From Eledone cirrhosa (lineage: Eukaryota), in assembly GCA_964016885.1 (NCBI GenBank), contig OZ024744.1, positions 8,618,001-8,682,000 on the forward strand: DNA of 64,000 bases. The letters are read 5' to 3'. Below, piece after piece: positions 50,170 to 60,974 of the stretch. Below the pieces are notes generated by a model, which did no database searches, had not been told where the DNA came from, and was given only the letters and a program-made list of their open reading frames with translations. Each line of letters opens with the position of its first letter. Position 1 is the stretch's first letter. The translations under genes and the position numbers were made by a program.

Positions 50170-53100
50170 AAGAAAACCCAGTGACCAAGAAATACCGGGA
50201 TGGCGGCCGGCGGGGAATAGCCGAGTCTTGGTTGACACTCGTCCTAGAAGTGGTAACACGAAATGATTACCCCTTGGCGGATAAGGATAACACGCGACAA
50301 AATAAAGTAAATGTCTAATGATAAAATCTCATACAGGATCGGCCGTCACCCGGGTCAAAAAGGCCCGCGTCCCTCAGAGAGGTACCAGACTGGGGTCGAA
50401 AAATCAACTAATGGTTCAAACCTTCCCATCACTTCGGAGCTCGAGACCTCCCATAACCGGAATACTCCTACTGTTGGCCCTCCATGTTCACCAATAAGAA
50501 ATCCAAAGAAAAAGAGAGAAAAATGGTCAAGAGAAGATAATAAAGAAGTCCTTGAGGCTTTCTACACTGCCATGTACTACCCATCAAATACATCGAATAC
50601 AGAACAGACATATATCAACTGGAAAAAGAAACATCCCGAAAACAGAGGCTATAATGACAGTAACAAACTAGCCAATATACGAAGAAATATTGTAAGAAAA
50701 ATGTTACTAACTGATATAAAAATTGATCAGATCAAGCTATTAGCACAAAGTCAGCGAAGGGAAAATGAAACATGTGACAGTGAAAACGAGGTAAATTATA
50801 ACACTTCGAATCCCAGGGTTGGGGCGGAATCACTGACAACAGAACAAATTAAAGAAAGGATCGAAAAAGTGGAGGGAGTGCATGCTCAAGATGAAACTCC
50901 AAATGAAAACAATGAGATCGTAAATGATAAAGAAATGAATGAGAATGAACTTGCCAACTTGAAGGATGAAATTATGATCGAATGGATGAAAATGAAAGAA
51001 TCTGACATGGGGCAACGAGACACCCTCCCTAAGATCCAGAACTCCAAACAGAACCAAAAGATAATACACAAGACTAACATAATTCTCAAAAACATTATCA
51101 TCACAAACAAACTAAACATTACTGATTTAAGTCATCTCTATTATGCATCGGCTAAAGTCACCACTCACTTATGTGGAGTGAAGATGAAAAAACAAAGGAA
51201 TTCCCACAAGAAATCTACTTGGCAAGAGAACATCAATCGCCAAATAAACCTTCTCCGATCTGACATAGAAATTTTTACAAACTATAAAGTAGGTGAACAT
51301 GTTAAAACAAACTAAACTTAGAAAATTGAAAAGAAAGTACAGTATAAAATCAACAAGAGACATAGACATGCTGATAGAAATAATCAAGCAAAAAGTGTCG
51401 GCCAAAGCTGCTCGTATAAGGCGCTTTGAAAAACGATCTAGATTCTATAAGGACAATAATATGTTTAAAACAACCAAAGAAATATCTACAGAAAAATTGG
51501 TAAGTCAACAATAACTGCTAAATCAATACCACCCAAGGAGGAAGTGCAAGAATTCTGGGAAAAGATCTGGGCCGAAGAAAAAGTTCATAATATACATTCC
51601 CCATGGATAGACAGACAAATGAAAGATACAGCTCACCTTGAAGAACAAATATGGGAAAATATAACAGTTGAACAGTTGCGTTTGGCTCAAAACCAGCAAA
51701 TAGAAATCCCCAGGAAAAGACAAAATACAAATTTTTGGATAAATGCCTTCACAGAGTCTCATGAGCTGTTAGCCCAAATTTACAATGAAATACTTAAGGA
51801 GCCAGAAAAGATACCATCATGGCTAGTTAACGGCATTACATTCCTGCTTCCGAAGAATGATGAGACAAACAATCCCAAAAATTACAGACCGATAACTTGC
51901 TTGGCACAATGTATAACATTTTACAATCAGTCCTAACTGAATATACATATGACCACCTGATAACAAATGACTTATTTCCCATTGAGCAGAAAGGGTGTAA
52001 ACGATGCTCATATGGCTGTAAGGATCAGCTTTTGGTTGAAAAAATGATACTGGAAGATTGTCATAATAGACACAAAAATCTATCAATTGCTTGGATAGAT
52101 TATAAAAAAGCATTCGATAGTTTGCCACACAGTTGGATTGAAAAATGTTTAGAGATTTTCAAAATATCTCCCGTTGTCAGGAGGTTTTTATCATTCAGTA
52201 TGAAGACATGGAAAACGACACTTCTTTTGAATAGTGAAACAAAATCACTGGAAGCTGGGGAAGTTAATATTAATTGTGGAATTTTTCAGGGTGACTCTTT
52301 AACACCGCTTTTATTCTGCATCGCACTTATACCATTAAGTAAAATGCTCAATGAAACAAAACATGGATATAAAGTCTATGACAAAACCATGAATCACTTG
52401 TTCTACATGGATGACCTGAAACTATTTGCAAAAAATGATGAACAATTGCAAGGGCTATTATCCACTGTGGATCAGTTCAGTGATGACATTAAAATGGAGT
52501 TTGGACTAGATAAATGCGCTAAAGCAACGTTCACCAGAGGAAAGCTGCTGAAAAGTTCAGACATTAATCTTGATCGGGGGAACGTGATAAGAGAACTTGA
52601 TCAAGAGGAAACTTACAGATATCTAGGTGTTTGTGAAGGAGACGGAATCAAGCACTCGACAATGAGGGAAAGGATAAGGAAGGAATGTTACCGCAAAGTA
52701 AGAGTAATCTTAAGAACGGAATTGAATGCAAGGAATAGGATCGATGCCATAAACAGGCTTGCCATACCAGTAGTAACCTACCGTTACAATGTCATCAACT
52801 GGTCAAGCACAGAGATCCGTAGGCTGGATACAAAAATTCGAAAATTCTTAACCATGCACAGAATGCATCACCCTAAGGCAGATACAGATAGAATATATCT
52901 CCCTAGGAAAGAAGGGGGACATGGGTTAATCCAGTTAGATTTTGCGTTGAAAACTGCAACAATTGGATTATCTATATATCTAAGGGAATCACATGATTGG
53001 ATGATCAAACTCGTTTTGAAACACGAAAGCATCAAAAGATCATATTCCATTACAAAAGATGCACAAAGATACAGTAATGGACTACAAATTTCAGAAGTCC

Positions 53101-54098
53101 CATTTACTGCTGAAATGGAAAACACAGAAAAAGCAAAGCCCGGAAAAGTAACTGCAAAGAAAGAACTGCTACAGAAACTGGTTAAGAAATGGCAAGAAAA
53201 GCCTCTGTATGGAAAATACCCAGAACAAGCTAACAATCCTGATGTTGACAAAACTTTAACCCATCAGTGGTTGGCATCCTCTGGACTGAAATCGGAGACT
53301 GAAGGACTGATTATATCAGCACAAGACCAGTGTCTGCCAACAAAAAATTACCAAGCCAACATAATAAAAAATGGATGCAGCCCATTATGCCGTGTATGTA
53401 AAAAAACAACCAGAGACCATTGGCCATATAATTTCAATGTGCAGTCCTATAGCTCCAACCGAATACCTAAACAGGCATGACAGAGCTGCACAATACATAC
53501 ATTGGATAATGTGTAAGCATTTTGACCTGCCCCATCAAAAGAATTGGTGGGAGCATCAACCACCTCCCATACTTGAAAAAGATCACATCTCAATCTTGTG
53601 GAACTTTAGCATCCAAACAGACCGAAAAATAGATGCAAATAGACCTGATATAATATTGAAGGACTTTAAAAAGAGGATATGCCTGCTAATTGATATGTCC
53701 GTTCCAATAGACAAGAAAGTATCTATAAAAACATTTGAAAAATTGAGCAAGTATAAGGACCTGGAGATAGAAATTGGAAAAATGTGGAAATTGAGAACTA
53801 AAACAATACCAGTGGTTGTAGGCGCTCTAGGAATGATACCTAAGGGGTCTAATGATTACTTATCGCAAATCCCAGGAAACCCGCGTATAGGAGAAATACA
53901 AAAGATAGTACTAATGGGATCTGCCCATATACTAAGGAAGATTCTGTCAATATAAGTACTTCACAAGTCTAAACACTAAAGATGCATGTGTGAGTATGTA
54001 TGTTCTTTCTTGAACATGGCGGACCTTGTTGTCTCTGGAGGTCACTGGTTGTGACTTGGTGGTAACTCGTATGAACATAAAGCAAGATAAATGCAGCT

Positions 54099-54099
<1 letters not shown>
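50170..54099 (+). mobile_element. R4/Dong-clade family B, full length, decayed
   Basis: ORF pieces 50311-53955: KWSREDNKEVLEAFY, RIRRFE, NYRPITCL, GIFQGDSL, LFYMDD, CRVC..H..C, RPDII; (AAT)n tail 54100-54150. Confidence 0.93.
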
Positions 54100-54150
<51 letters not shown>

Positions 54151-54151
<1 letters not shown>

Positions 54152-54862
54152 GCAGGCCCTCAAAACGAAGTGGTTGAAACACCATATTTACAAGGAGGAG
54201 GCTAGCCTACTGTGCAGAATCTGTGGAGAGAGAGAGAGAGGAGACTGTAGCTCACATTGTATCCGAGTGTAAACACCTAGCCCAGACTCACTATAAGAGC
54301 TGGAGACATGATGTGATGGGCAGGGTGATCCACTGGCATCTATGGAAAGTGAACAATTTACCACATTCTGAGAAGTGGTATGAGCATAAGCCAGAGTCGG
54401 TGATAGAAAACGATCAGGTGAAGGTGCTGTGGGATTTTAGGATACAGACGGACAAGAAACTGGAACACAATAGACCTGACCTGGTGGTTTTGGACAAGGG
54501 AAAAAGATCGTGTCTGATTGTGGATGTGGCCTGCCCATTCGACACGAGAGTGCAAGAGAAGGAGAGGAAGAAAATTAACCGATACAAGGACTTAAAGTGA
54601 GAGGTAAAAAGGATTTGGAACTGCTATGAAGTCAAGGTGGTCCCGATTATCATAGGCGCACTAGGTACTATCTCAAAGAGTTTCCAAGGATGGTTAAAGA
54701 AAATTGGCCCCTTCACGCTTTTTGGAACGCTTCAAAAGGCATGCCTGCTGGGAACAGCAAGAACCCTCCGATACGTCCTGAATATCTGAGGCTGTAGGTA
54801 GTGGCTTGATATTCATTTTAACAAACTTTCCAGTTAACTAACATCAATGACTGAGACTCAAA
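54151..54862 (+). mobile_element. R4/Dong-clade family A, 5'-truncated
   Basis: Matches 13495-14205; (AAT)n on both sides. Confidence 0.92.
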
Positions 54863-54940
<78 letters not shown>

Positions 54941-55199
54941 TTTCTTTATTAACCACAAGGGTTTACATAAAGTAGACATTAAGGACAGTGCAGGACAATG
55001 CAGGACGGTACAAATGGGCATTTCTGCGTGTAAAAAACAAAAACAGAGGATGTAACAAAAATAACAATGAAAATAACAATGAAAAATTCCCCAATAGGGG
55101 GGAGACTTCCAAGGGACATTTGTGGAGAAAGCCCATTAAAAGACCACAGTGGCCCTGACCACCAGGGCAAGTGCCCTCTCCCAGTTTTCCACCTTTAAT

Positions 55200-58100
55200 T
55201 TACAGACACATACTCAGAAAAGGCCCATTCATTCGGGCCATACTTGCTTCTCTCACCCATCTTTCAACAAAATGCTGGGAAGAGAGCACTTCCCTCTCTA
55301 CTCTGATTTTCCTTTTCAAATGAAATTTGAAAAAGTCAATCAGAGCATCACCGAAGAGGTAAGTGCTCGTCTTCAGCCCTTTCAAACGTGTCCACCATAC
55401 TATCTCTTTCACCATGGCCACCAGGCAGATAAAAACTGCCTGCCCTTCCCGGCTAAAGGAGGAGGGCGGGGCAATCCTCACGATGGACTCAGATGATAGC
55501 CGGATCCGTCCTAAACGCGACAGCAGGTGTTCGACATAAACCCACAAGTCAGCAATTTTCGGACACTGGACGAGTGCGTGCAGGACGGTTTCGTCGCCCT
55601 GCGCGCATCTTGGACATGCCCGGCTGACGGCACCTCCATGCCTGTAGAGTTTATCCCGAACTGGCAAGGCTCCTCGGTAGCACTGCCAGGCCAGAGATTT
55701 CTGGAAGTTGTCCATAGGCCCTGGCCCGAAAGTTCTTCCGAAGAGATTGGCTAGTTGATTTTCGTCGACGCCTAGAGTTTCCCCAAGTACGTCATCGCTC
55801 TTCACCTCCACTAATCCTCTATAGAACGCCGAGGTGGAGTTTCCACCGATCACATTGCCCGATTGGTCGAGGGCTGTGAGCGCCTGAAGACATTCCAGTC
55901 TCCAGGCGCTCCCTCTCGGTCTTCGCTTGACCCAGGACTGCAGCACCGTCAAGGAAACGAGCTGGGGAAACACGCGCCTAGCAAACGGCGACCACACCTG
56001 ATCACCGTCGAGGAAGAGGTGGAGATGTCGTAGCCTGAGTGCGTGCCTGCGCATCATCAGCCACGGCATGCCCAGCCCTCCACGTAGCGGGTGTTGACAA
56101 CAGATGGACCGCCTGACCATCGGAGCGCGTCCCTTCCACAAAAAGCGAAAGAGCAAACGCTCCAGCGCAGTCAGGCGAGGCTTAGGACAAGGTACGACGG
56201 TCAGACGGTAGCAGATGACGGACTCGATGTACGCGTTAGCCACCTCCGCTCGACCTTTCAGGGATAGCTTCCTCTCCGCCCATTTCTGGGTGAGAGAAGC
56301 CACCCTGCTCGTCACCTCGTCCCAGTTTTTGTCCGTCTGGAGGTCCGGACCGAAACAGACCCCTAGCAATTTAACCGGTCCGTCCGTCCAGCGTCCGACG
56401 ATGCTGTTGGACGGCATGGACCTGCCTCTCCAGGTGCCGAGCTGCAGGCCCACTGACTTTTCCTGGTTGATCATTGCTCCTGTCACCGCTTCGTATTCTC
56501 TTAGTGTAGTGCCGATCGACTCGATGTGTTTGGCGCTCGACACCACTACGGTGACATCGTCCGCATATGCTGACACTGATCTTCCGCATCCTAGTTCGCG
56601 CGGGACTCCCCTCAACGTCTCCAGTTTGTGCAGTAATGGCTCGAGAGTCAATACGTACAAGAGGGACGAGAGGGGACATCCTTGGCGGACCGAGCGCATG
56701 ATGTTGAACGGTTCCGACAGGTGACCGTTCACTCTCACCACAGAGCAGATGTCGCTGTGCATGGCAGCGATCCAGCCTCTGAAGACGGGCCCAAAGCCAG
56801 CCGCCCTCAGGACTGCCGCTAGGTAACGATGGTCGACCCTATCGAAAGCTTTCGACTGATCTAAATTGATCAAGGACCCACCCGTGCCAGGTTCCCTAGT
56901 TACCCTCTCTACGATGTATCGCATGAGGTGGAGGTTGTCGTGGATGGATCTGTCGGGAATGGCGCATGTCTGCGCCTCTCCCACCAGACCACCAACGACA
57001 AGCGCCAACCTCTTTGCTAGCACCTTGGCCAAAATCTTAAACTCTGTGTTTAGCAGAGTTATGGGCCGGAAATTGTCTATGTTATCCCCCTTGTTCGGAT
57101 CCTTTCTCAGCAGTGCCACCGCTCCTCGGCTCACAGAACTGGGAATACTCCCGTTCTGTTGCCAGTTGCAGTAGACGTCCGCCAAGAGGCCTCCGAACAA
57201 GTCTGGCATCTGTACGTAAAGTTCATAGGGCAGACCATCCAAACCAGGCGATTTACCCCTTGTGCAGCCAGTCATTGCCTCCCTTACTTCAGCGGCTGTT
57301 ATCGGCTTTTCGCAACACTCCGCCTCAGTGGCCGAGAGCCGCGGCAGTCCGTCGAGGTAGACACTAAAGTCCATTCCTCTACCCGGCCCCCCGCTTCCCC
57401 CGAACAGCTGAGCGAAGTGTCGCTGAAAAGCTTCACACATTTGCCCGGGATCGAGTAGCATGCGCCCGTCGTGGTCCACCAAAGACCGGATCGTGGCTTT
57501 GTTGCCACGACGCGCCTCCGCCACTCGGGCCCATTGAACGGCTTTCGTCCCCTCGTGTCTGAGAGCACGCACCCTAGCTCTGACAACGCAGCCTTCGTGC
57601 TTTGCATTGAAGAATTGGTCAAGGGCCAATTTCACCGCAAGTACGTCGGTCGCAATGCCTTTGCTAAGCGCCTCGTCTAATTTTTTAACTAGTTCTCCCT
57701 CTGCTCTATTTTTCTCTATTGCTAAAGCCTTACTAAACCTAATCGATTCTATTCTAATCGCTCTTTTCAGAGCAAACCACCACTTGTTGTTGACGATGGC
57801 CCCCGTCAACGCCCGCTTAACTAGTTCGCTAATCCGGTCTCTGTAGGCCTTGCGCGCTGGTAAGGACGCGTTTAGCTTCCAGTAGCCGGGTCCGCGTCTA
57901 TGAAGCCTATCTAAGTCAAGCACACAGGTCACGAATTTGTGGTCCGTGTAGCTGACTATCTTGAATTGTGGACAGCCTATGCTAGACCTATCTATTTCCC
58001 TACAAAATACTCTATCTAGATATGATCTGGATGACCCTATGTGGTTTGTCCAAGTCCACATTGGCACATTCGGGAAATCCAATCGGTACCTGTCAGACAG

Positions 58101-58619
58101 TTCAAAACGCCTGAGCAGGTTGGTGAGGCTCTTGCACCCTCCACCCCTATCCGCTAATCCCACACAGTCCCAGCGTGCATCTAAGATCCCGTTCCAGTCG
58201 CCCACTAACACTAAAGAGCGGGACGTTCCAAGAAAGGTCTCCAGACGCCGGAAGAAATCAGGCCGCCCTGCTCCTGTCGGGGCATAGACGGCCACTAGCC
58301 TGAAAGCTTGCCCGTCTCCGCTGGTCACGTCCAGCACCACCAGCTTACCCTCTGGGTCCAGGAAGATGGCCCGTATGGCGAGATCCAAACCTCTCCGAAA
58401 AAGCACAGCAACTCCTCCACCCGATCCAGGACGGCTGGGAGATGCGTACACATCGTAGCCGCCGAAGATCGGTGCGAAGGCCCGTGCTTCGGAGATTCTG
58501 GTCTCGCTGATGGCCACTACATCTATGTTTAGTGACCTGAGGTCGTTGAGCAGGTGACCCTGCTTCCATGACGACCCCAAGCCACGCACATTTATGCTGC
58601 CTATTCTGAGTGAGGTCAT
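55200..58619 (-). CDS. Tx1 ORF2p: APE endonuclease + reverse transcriptase + C-terminal zinc finger (1139 aa)
   Basis: GSINVRG, ISETR, VYAP, GDWN, YLDRVF, TDHK, WKLN; KSPGLDGLP, FRPITLLN, LDQSKAFDRVDH, VRQGCPLS, YADD; CPRC...H...C. Confidence 0.96.
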   Translation of the reverse strand: MTSLRIGSINVRGLGSSWKQGHLLNDLRSLNIDVVAISETRISEARAFAPIFGGYDVYASPSRPGSGGGVAVLFRRGLDLAIRAIFLDPEGKLVVLDVTSGDGQAFRLVAVYAPTGAGRPDFFRRLETFLGTSRSLVLVGDWNGILDARWDCVGLADRGGGCKSLTNLLRRFELSDRYRLDFPNVPMWTWTNHIGSSRSYLDRVFCREIDRSSIGCPQFKIVSYTDHKFVTCVLDLDRLHRRGPGYWKLNASLPARKAYRDRISELVKRALTGAIVNNKWWFALKRAIRIESIRFSKALAIEKNRAEGELVKKLDEALSKGIATDVLAVKLALDQFFNAKHEGCVVRARVRALRHEGTKAVQWARVAEARRGNKATIRSLVDHDGRMLLDPGQMCEAFQRHFAQLFGGSGGPGRGMDFSVYLDGLPRLSATEAECCEKPITAAEVREAMTGCTRGKSPGLDGLPYELYVQMPDLFGGLLADVYCNWQQNGSIPSSVSRGAVALLRKDPNKGDNIDNFRPITLLNTEFKILAKVLAKRLALVVGGLVGEAQTCAIPDRSIHDNLHLMRYIVERVTREPGTGGSLINLDQSKAFDRVDHRYLAAVLRAAGFGPVFRGWIAAMHSDICSVVRVNGHLSEPFNIMRSVRQGCPLSSLLYVLTLEPLLHKLETLRGVPRELGCGRSVSAYADDVTVVVSSAKHIESIGTTLREYEAVTGAMINQEKSVGLQLGTWRGRSMPSNSIVGRWTDGPVKLLGVCFGPDLQTDKNWDEVTSRVASLTQKWAERKLSLKGRAEVANAYIESVICYRLTVVPCPKPRLTALERLLFRFLWKGRAPMVRRSICCQHPLRGGLGMPWLMMRRHALRLRHLHLFLDGDQVWSPFARRVFPQLVSLTVLQSWVKRRPRGSAWRLECLQALTALDQSGNVIGGNSTSAFYRGLVEVKSDDVLGETLGVDENQLANLFGRTFGPGPMDNFQKSLAWQCYRGALPVRDKLYRHGGAVSRACPRCAQGDETVLHALVQCPKIADLWVYVEHLLSRLGRIRLSSESIVRIAPPSSFSREGQAVFICLVAMVKEIVWWTRLKGLKTSTYLFGDALIDFFKFHLKRKIRVEREVLSSQHFVERWVREASMARMNGPFLSMCL

Positions 58620-58654
58620 GTTTAAAATAGAGTGGAAAAGATGGGAAAGACCAC

Positions 58655-60733
58655 TTACCGTACTTTTGGTAGAGGAGGGATGGTTTTTACATCCCTTTTC
58701 ACTTGATCGTCTGGTGAAGGGACCGTTGAATCGTCCCTTCGGCTGGTCGTCGGCTCTTCTAAGAGAATGTCTGAGTATACTCTTCGATTGATGGTTCCTC
58801 CTAGGTCCCTGAAATCACCAACTGCGTTGGGGAATTTCGTTTTAATGTTTGTGTATTGTTTCTGTGCTATTTTTAGCAGTCTTATGTTAGTTGGCGTTTT
58901 GATTGGTGCTGGTATTATGTAGTCCTGTTGTGAAATGTCTGTGTGTTCAATTATGTAAGTCATTAGTTTCTTGTTGTGTGTATTTATTGCCGTGCATTTG
59001 TTTTTCTGGGGGTGGGGTGTGGTTCTACTATTTTCTTGTCGTTGTTGCTGGGTGTGTGTGTTTTGTTGTTGTGTTTGCGATGTTGGTGCTTGTGGTGGTG
59101 GTGTTAAAGGTGTTGTTGGCGGTGGTGATGGTGGTGCTAGTGTGGGTGGTGATGGTGTTGGTGTTGTTGCTGCTGTGGGTCTCTTTGCAGTAGACTTTAC
59201 CCTTTTCTCATTTCTTTCCTCCCTTTTCAAAGGCGACGATGCAATGCTTCTGCGTTTGTGCCTTCTTACGACCTTTTGCCATCCCTCTCCCACCTCACAC
59301 TCCATGTCTGATTCTGTGAGGTCGGGGAGGGGTACCAGCTCCACTCTTTCACTTGTTGTTGGTGATGTTTGCACTGGAGTCTCTGTTGCAGCTGCATTTG
59401 GTATTGCTGTTGTTGTTGTTAATATTTCCACTGCTGCTGCTGTTTTTGATTTCCGTGGAGTGGGTATGGGTGCCACGGACCTATCGTTCCTGGTTGCCGC
59501 TTGTCCTGTTGCTGGTAGCCGTGGAGCCGGATTCGGAAGGAGGGGGGTTTTCTCCTTTCTCAGGGTCTTCTCGTTGCAGAAGGCCCTGAGGTGAGTCTTC
59601 GATCCACAGCGAAAGCATTTCGGGCGTTTGCCCTCAACACTTATGGGCAGTTGAGTGCCGTTATCGAAGTCTATCACATCCGGGATAGATTCGATGCACT
59701 CCTGGTTGGTTTGGATTAGCATCTCAATGGAGGAGCCGACCCAATCTTCTCTTACTTTTTTCTGTACTTGCAGTACAGTTGTTTTGTCCTCGATTCCGAC
59801 GAGGACAGACGCGGCCAGCCAAGAAGGGGTCATTCCGGTGGGGACGTGGGTTAGTTTGACCCTCACAATTTTTTGCCCACAGTAGGAGGGCACCAACACC
59901 ATTTCCTCGCTCCTTAGGGTCACTACTGATTGGGCCTTTGCCTCCTGGGGTGTGGCAAAAAGTACGTCTACGGTGGCATATTTTTTGCCTCGGGTGATGT
60001 GCGTTTTCCGCTGCCACACAGACCCCAAGGCTTTTTGTATTTGGGCCTCTGTGGCTCTTTCCACCCTACGGGATTTTGTACTTACTGTACGGTACGTGAC
60101 CGTACAGTGCTCTTGGGTTTCGAAAAAATTTTCCGCTGCCTTGCAGATTGCTCGGTGTCCGTTCTTTGTAACCATCTTCTTCGCTTCCTCTAATTCCTCA
60201 TTTGTTATGAGGATTGTTTCCAAGTTTTTCGCAATACCTGCAAATGAGATTGGTTTTTCTCTGCTGTTGTTGTTGTCGTCAGAGCTGCTGGTACTTTTGT
60301 TGTTGCTGCAGGTACTACGACTACTGCCTCCGCCGCTGTTGCTGTGGTTGTTGTTGGTGTTGCTGCTGCTAATGCTGTTGTTGTTTATGCTGCTGGTGAT
60401 GCTGTTGCGGCTGCTACTGTTGTTTTCATTGTCACTGTTGCTGTTGTTATTACGGCTGCTACTGCTATTATTCCTGACGTCAGACGAATGAACTGGGTTT
60501 TCGTATTTCCCGCACACCTGTTTCGTCGCTGTCGTCGTCGTCGTGGAGAAACTTTGCACGCTTTGCACGAGACTTTTCTTTTCTTTCGTCACTTGCGAAA
60601 GAGAAGGGAGGGAGAGAGACACATTTAAAGAAGGGAGGGAGAGAGACAATCTTCTCTCTGCTGTAGTGATGATTGAGGAAGAAGAAGACGGAATGAGTGG
60701 GAGTGACGTATGAAATTTCTTTTTCGTAGCCAT
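58655..60733 (-). CDS. Tx1 ORF1p: low-complexity N-terminus, central globular region, single CCHC knuckle (692 aa)
   Basis: Uninterrupted ORF upstream of ORF2; CFRCGSKTHLRAFC; homologous pieces in four other copies. Confidence 0.92.
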   Translation of the reverse strand: MATKKKFHTSLPLIPSSSSSIITTAERRLSLSLPSLNVSLSLPSLSQVTKEKKSLVQSVQSFSTTTTTATKQVCGKYENPVHSSDVRNNSSSSRNNNSNSDNENNSSSRNSITSSINNNSISSSNTNNNHSNSGGGSSRSTCSNNKSTSSSDDNNNSREKPISFAGIAKNLETILITNEELEEAKKMVTKNGHRAICKAAENFFETQEHCTVTYRTVSTKSRRVERATEAQIQKALGSVWQRKTHITRGKKYATVDVLFATPQEAKAQSVVTLRSEEMVLVPSYCGQKIVRVKLTHVPTGMTPSWLAASVLVGIEDKTTVLQVQKKVREDWVGSSIEMLIQTNQECIESIPDVIDFDNGTQLPISVEGKRPKCFRCGSKTHLRAFCNEKTLRKEKTPLLPNPAPRLPATGQAATRNDRSVAPIPTPRKSKTAAAVEILTTTTAIPNAAATETPVQTSPTTSERVELVPLPDLTESDMECEVGEGWQKVVRRHKRRSIASSPLKREERNEKRVKSTAKRPTAATTPTPSPPTLAPPSPPPTTPLTPPPQAPTSQTQQQNTHTQQQRQENSRTTPHPQKNKCTAINTHNKKLMTYIIEHTDISQQDYIIPAPIKTPTNIRLLKIAQKQYTNIKTKFPNAVGDFRDLGGTINRRVYSDILLEEPTTSRRDDSTVPSPDDQVKRDVKTIPPLPKVR

Positions 60734-60974
60734 GTTGTTTTTTGTTTAAAATGAATATTGGGTACAAAACCCCAATAACTGGTTATTTAGCCCCGAAGGG
60801 CCAAATAACGGACAGAAAGACCCCTCTCACGAGGAGGAGGGTGTCTTTATCAACAATTTGGTTCAAGTTTTAAACAATTTACAATTGTTTTAACGGTTAA
60901 AAATTACTATACCTTACAGAGCCGAGCCTCCGTCAACCATGGCATTCAATAATAATAATAATAATAATAATAAT

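Larger units (their letters stand above)
54939..60947 (-). mobile_element. Tx1-clade (L1 group) element, full length, both ORFs intact
   Basis: 5' UTR, ORF1, 35-nt spacer, ORF2, 3' UTR with AATAAA (54945-54950 on -); flanked by (AAT)n at 54863-54938 and 60948-60974. Confidence 0.96.

Noticed and set aside
56215-58287. Recurrent antisense ORFs over Tx1, R4 and RTE coding regions
   Set aside because: Shadow frames; they recur only because the elements are repeated.
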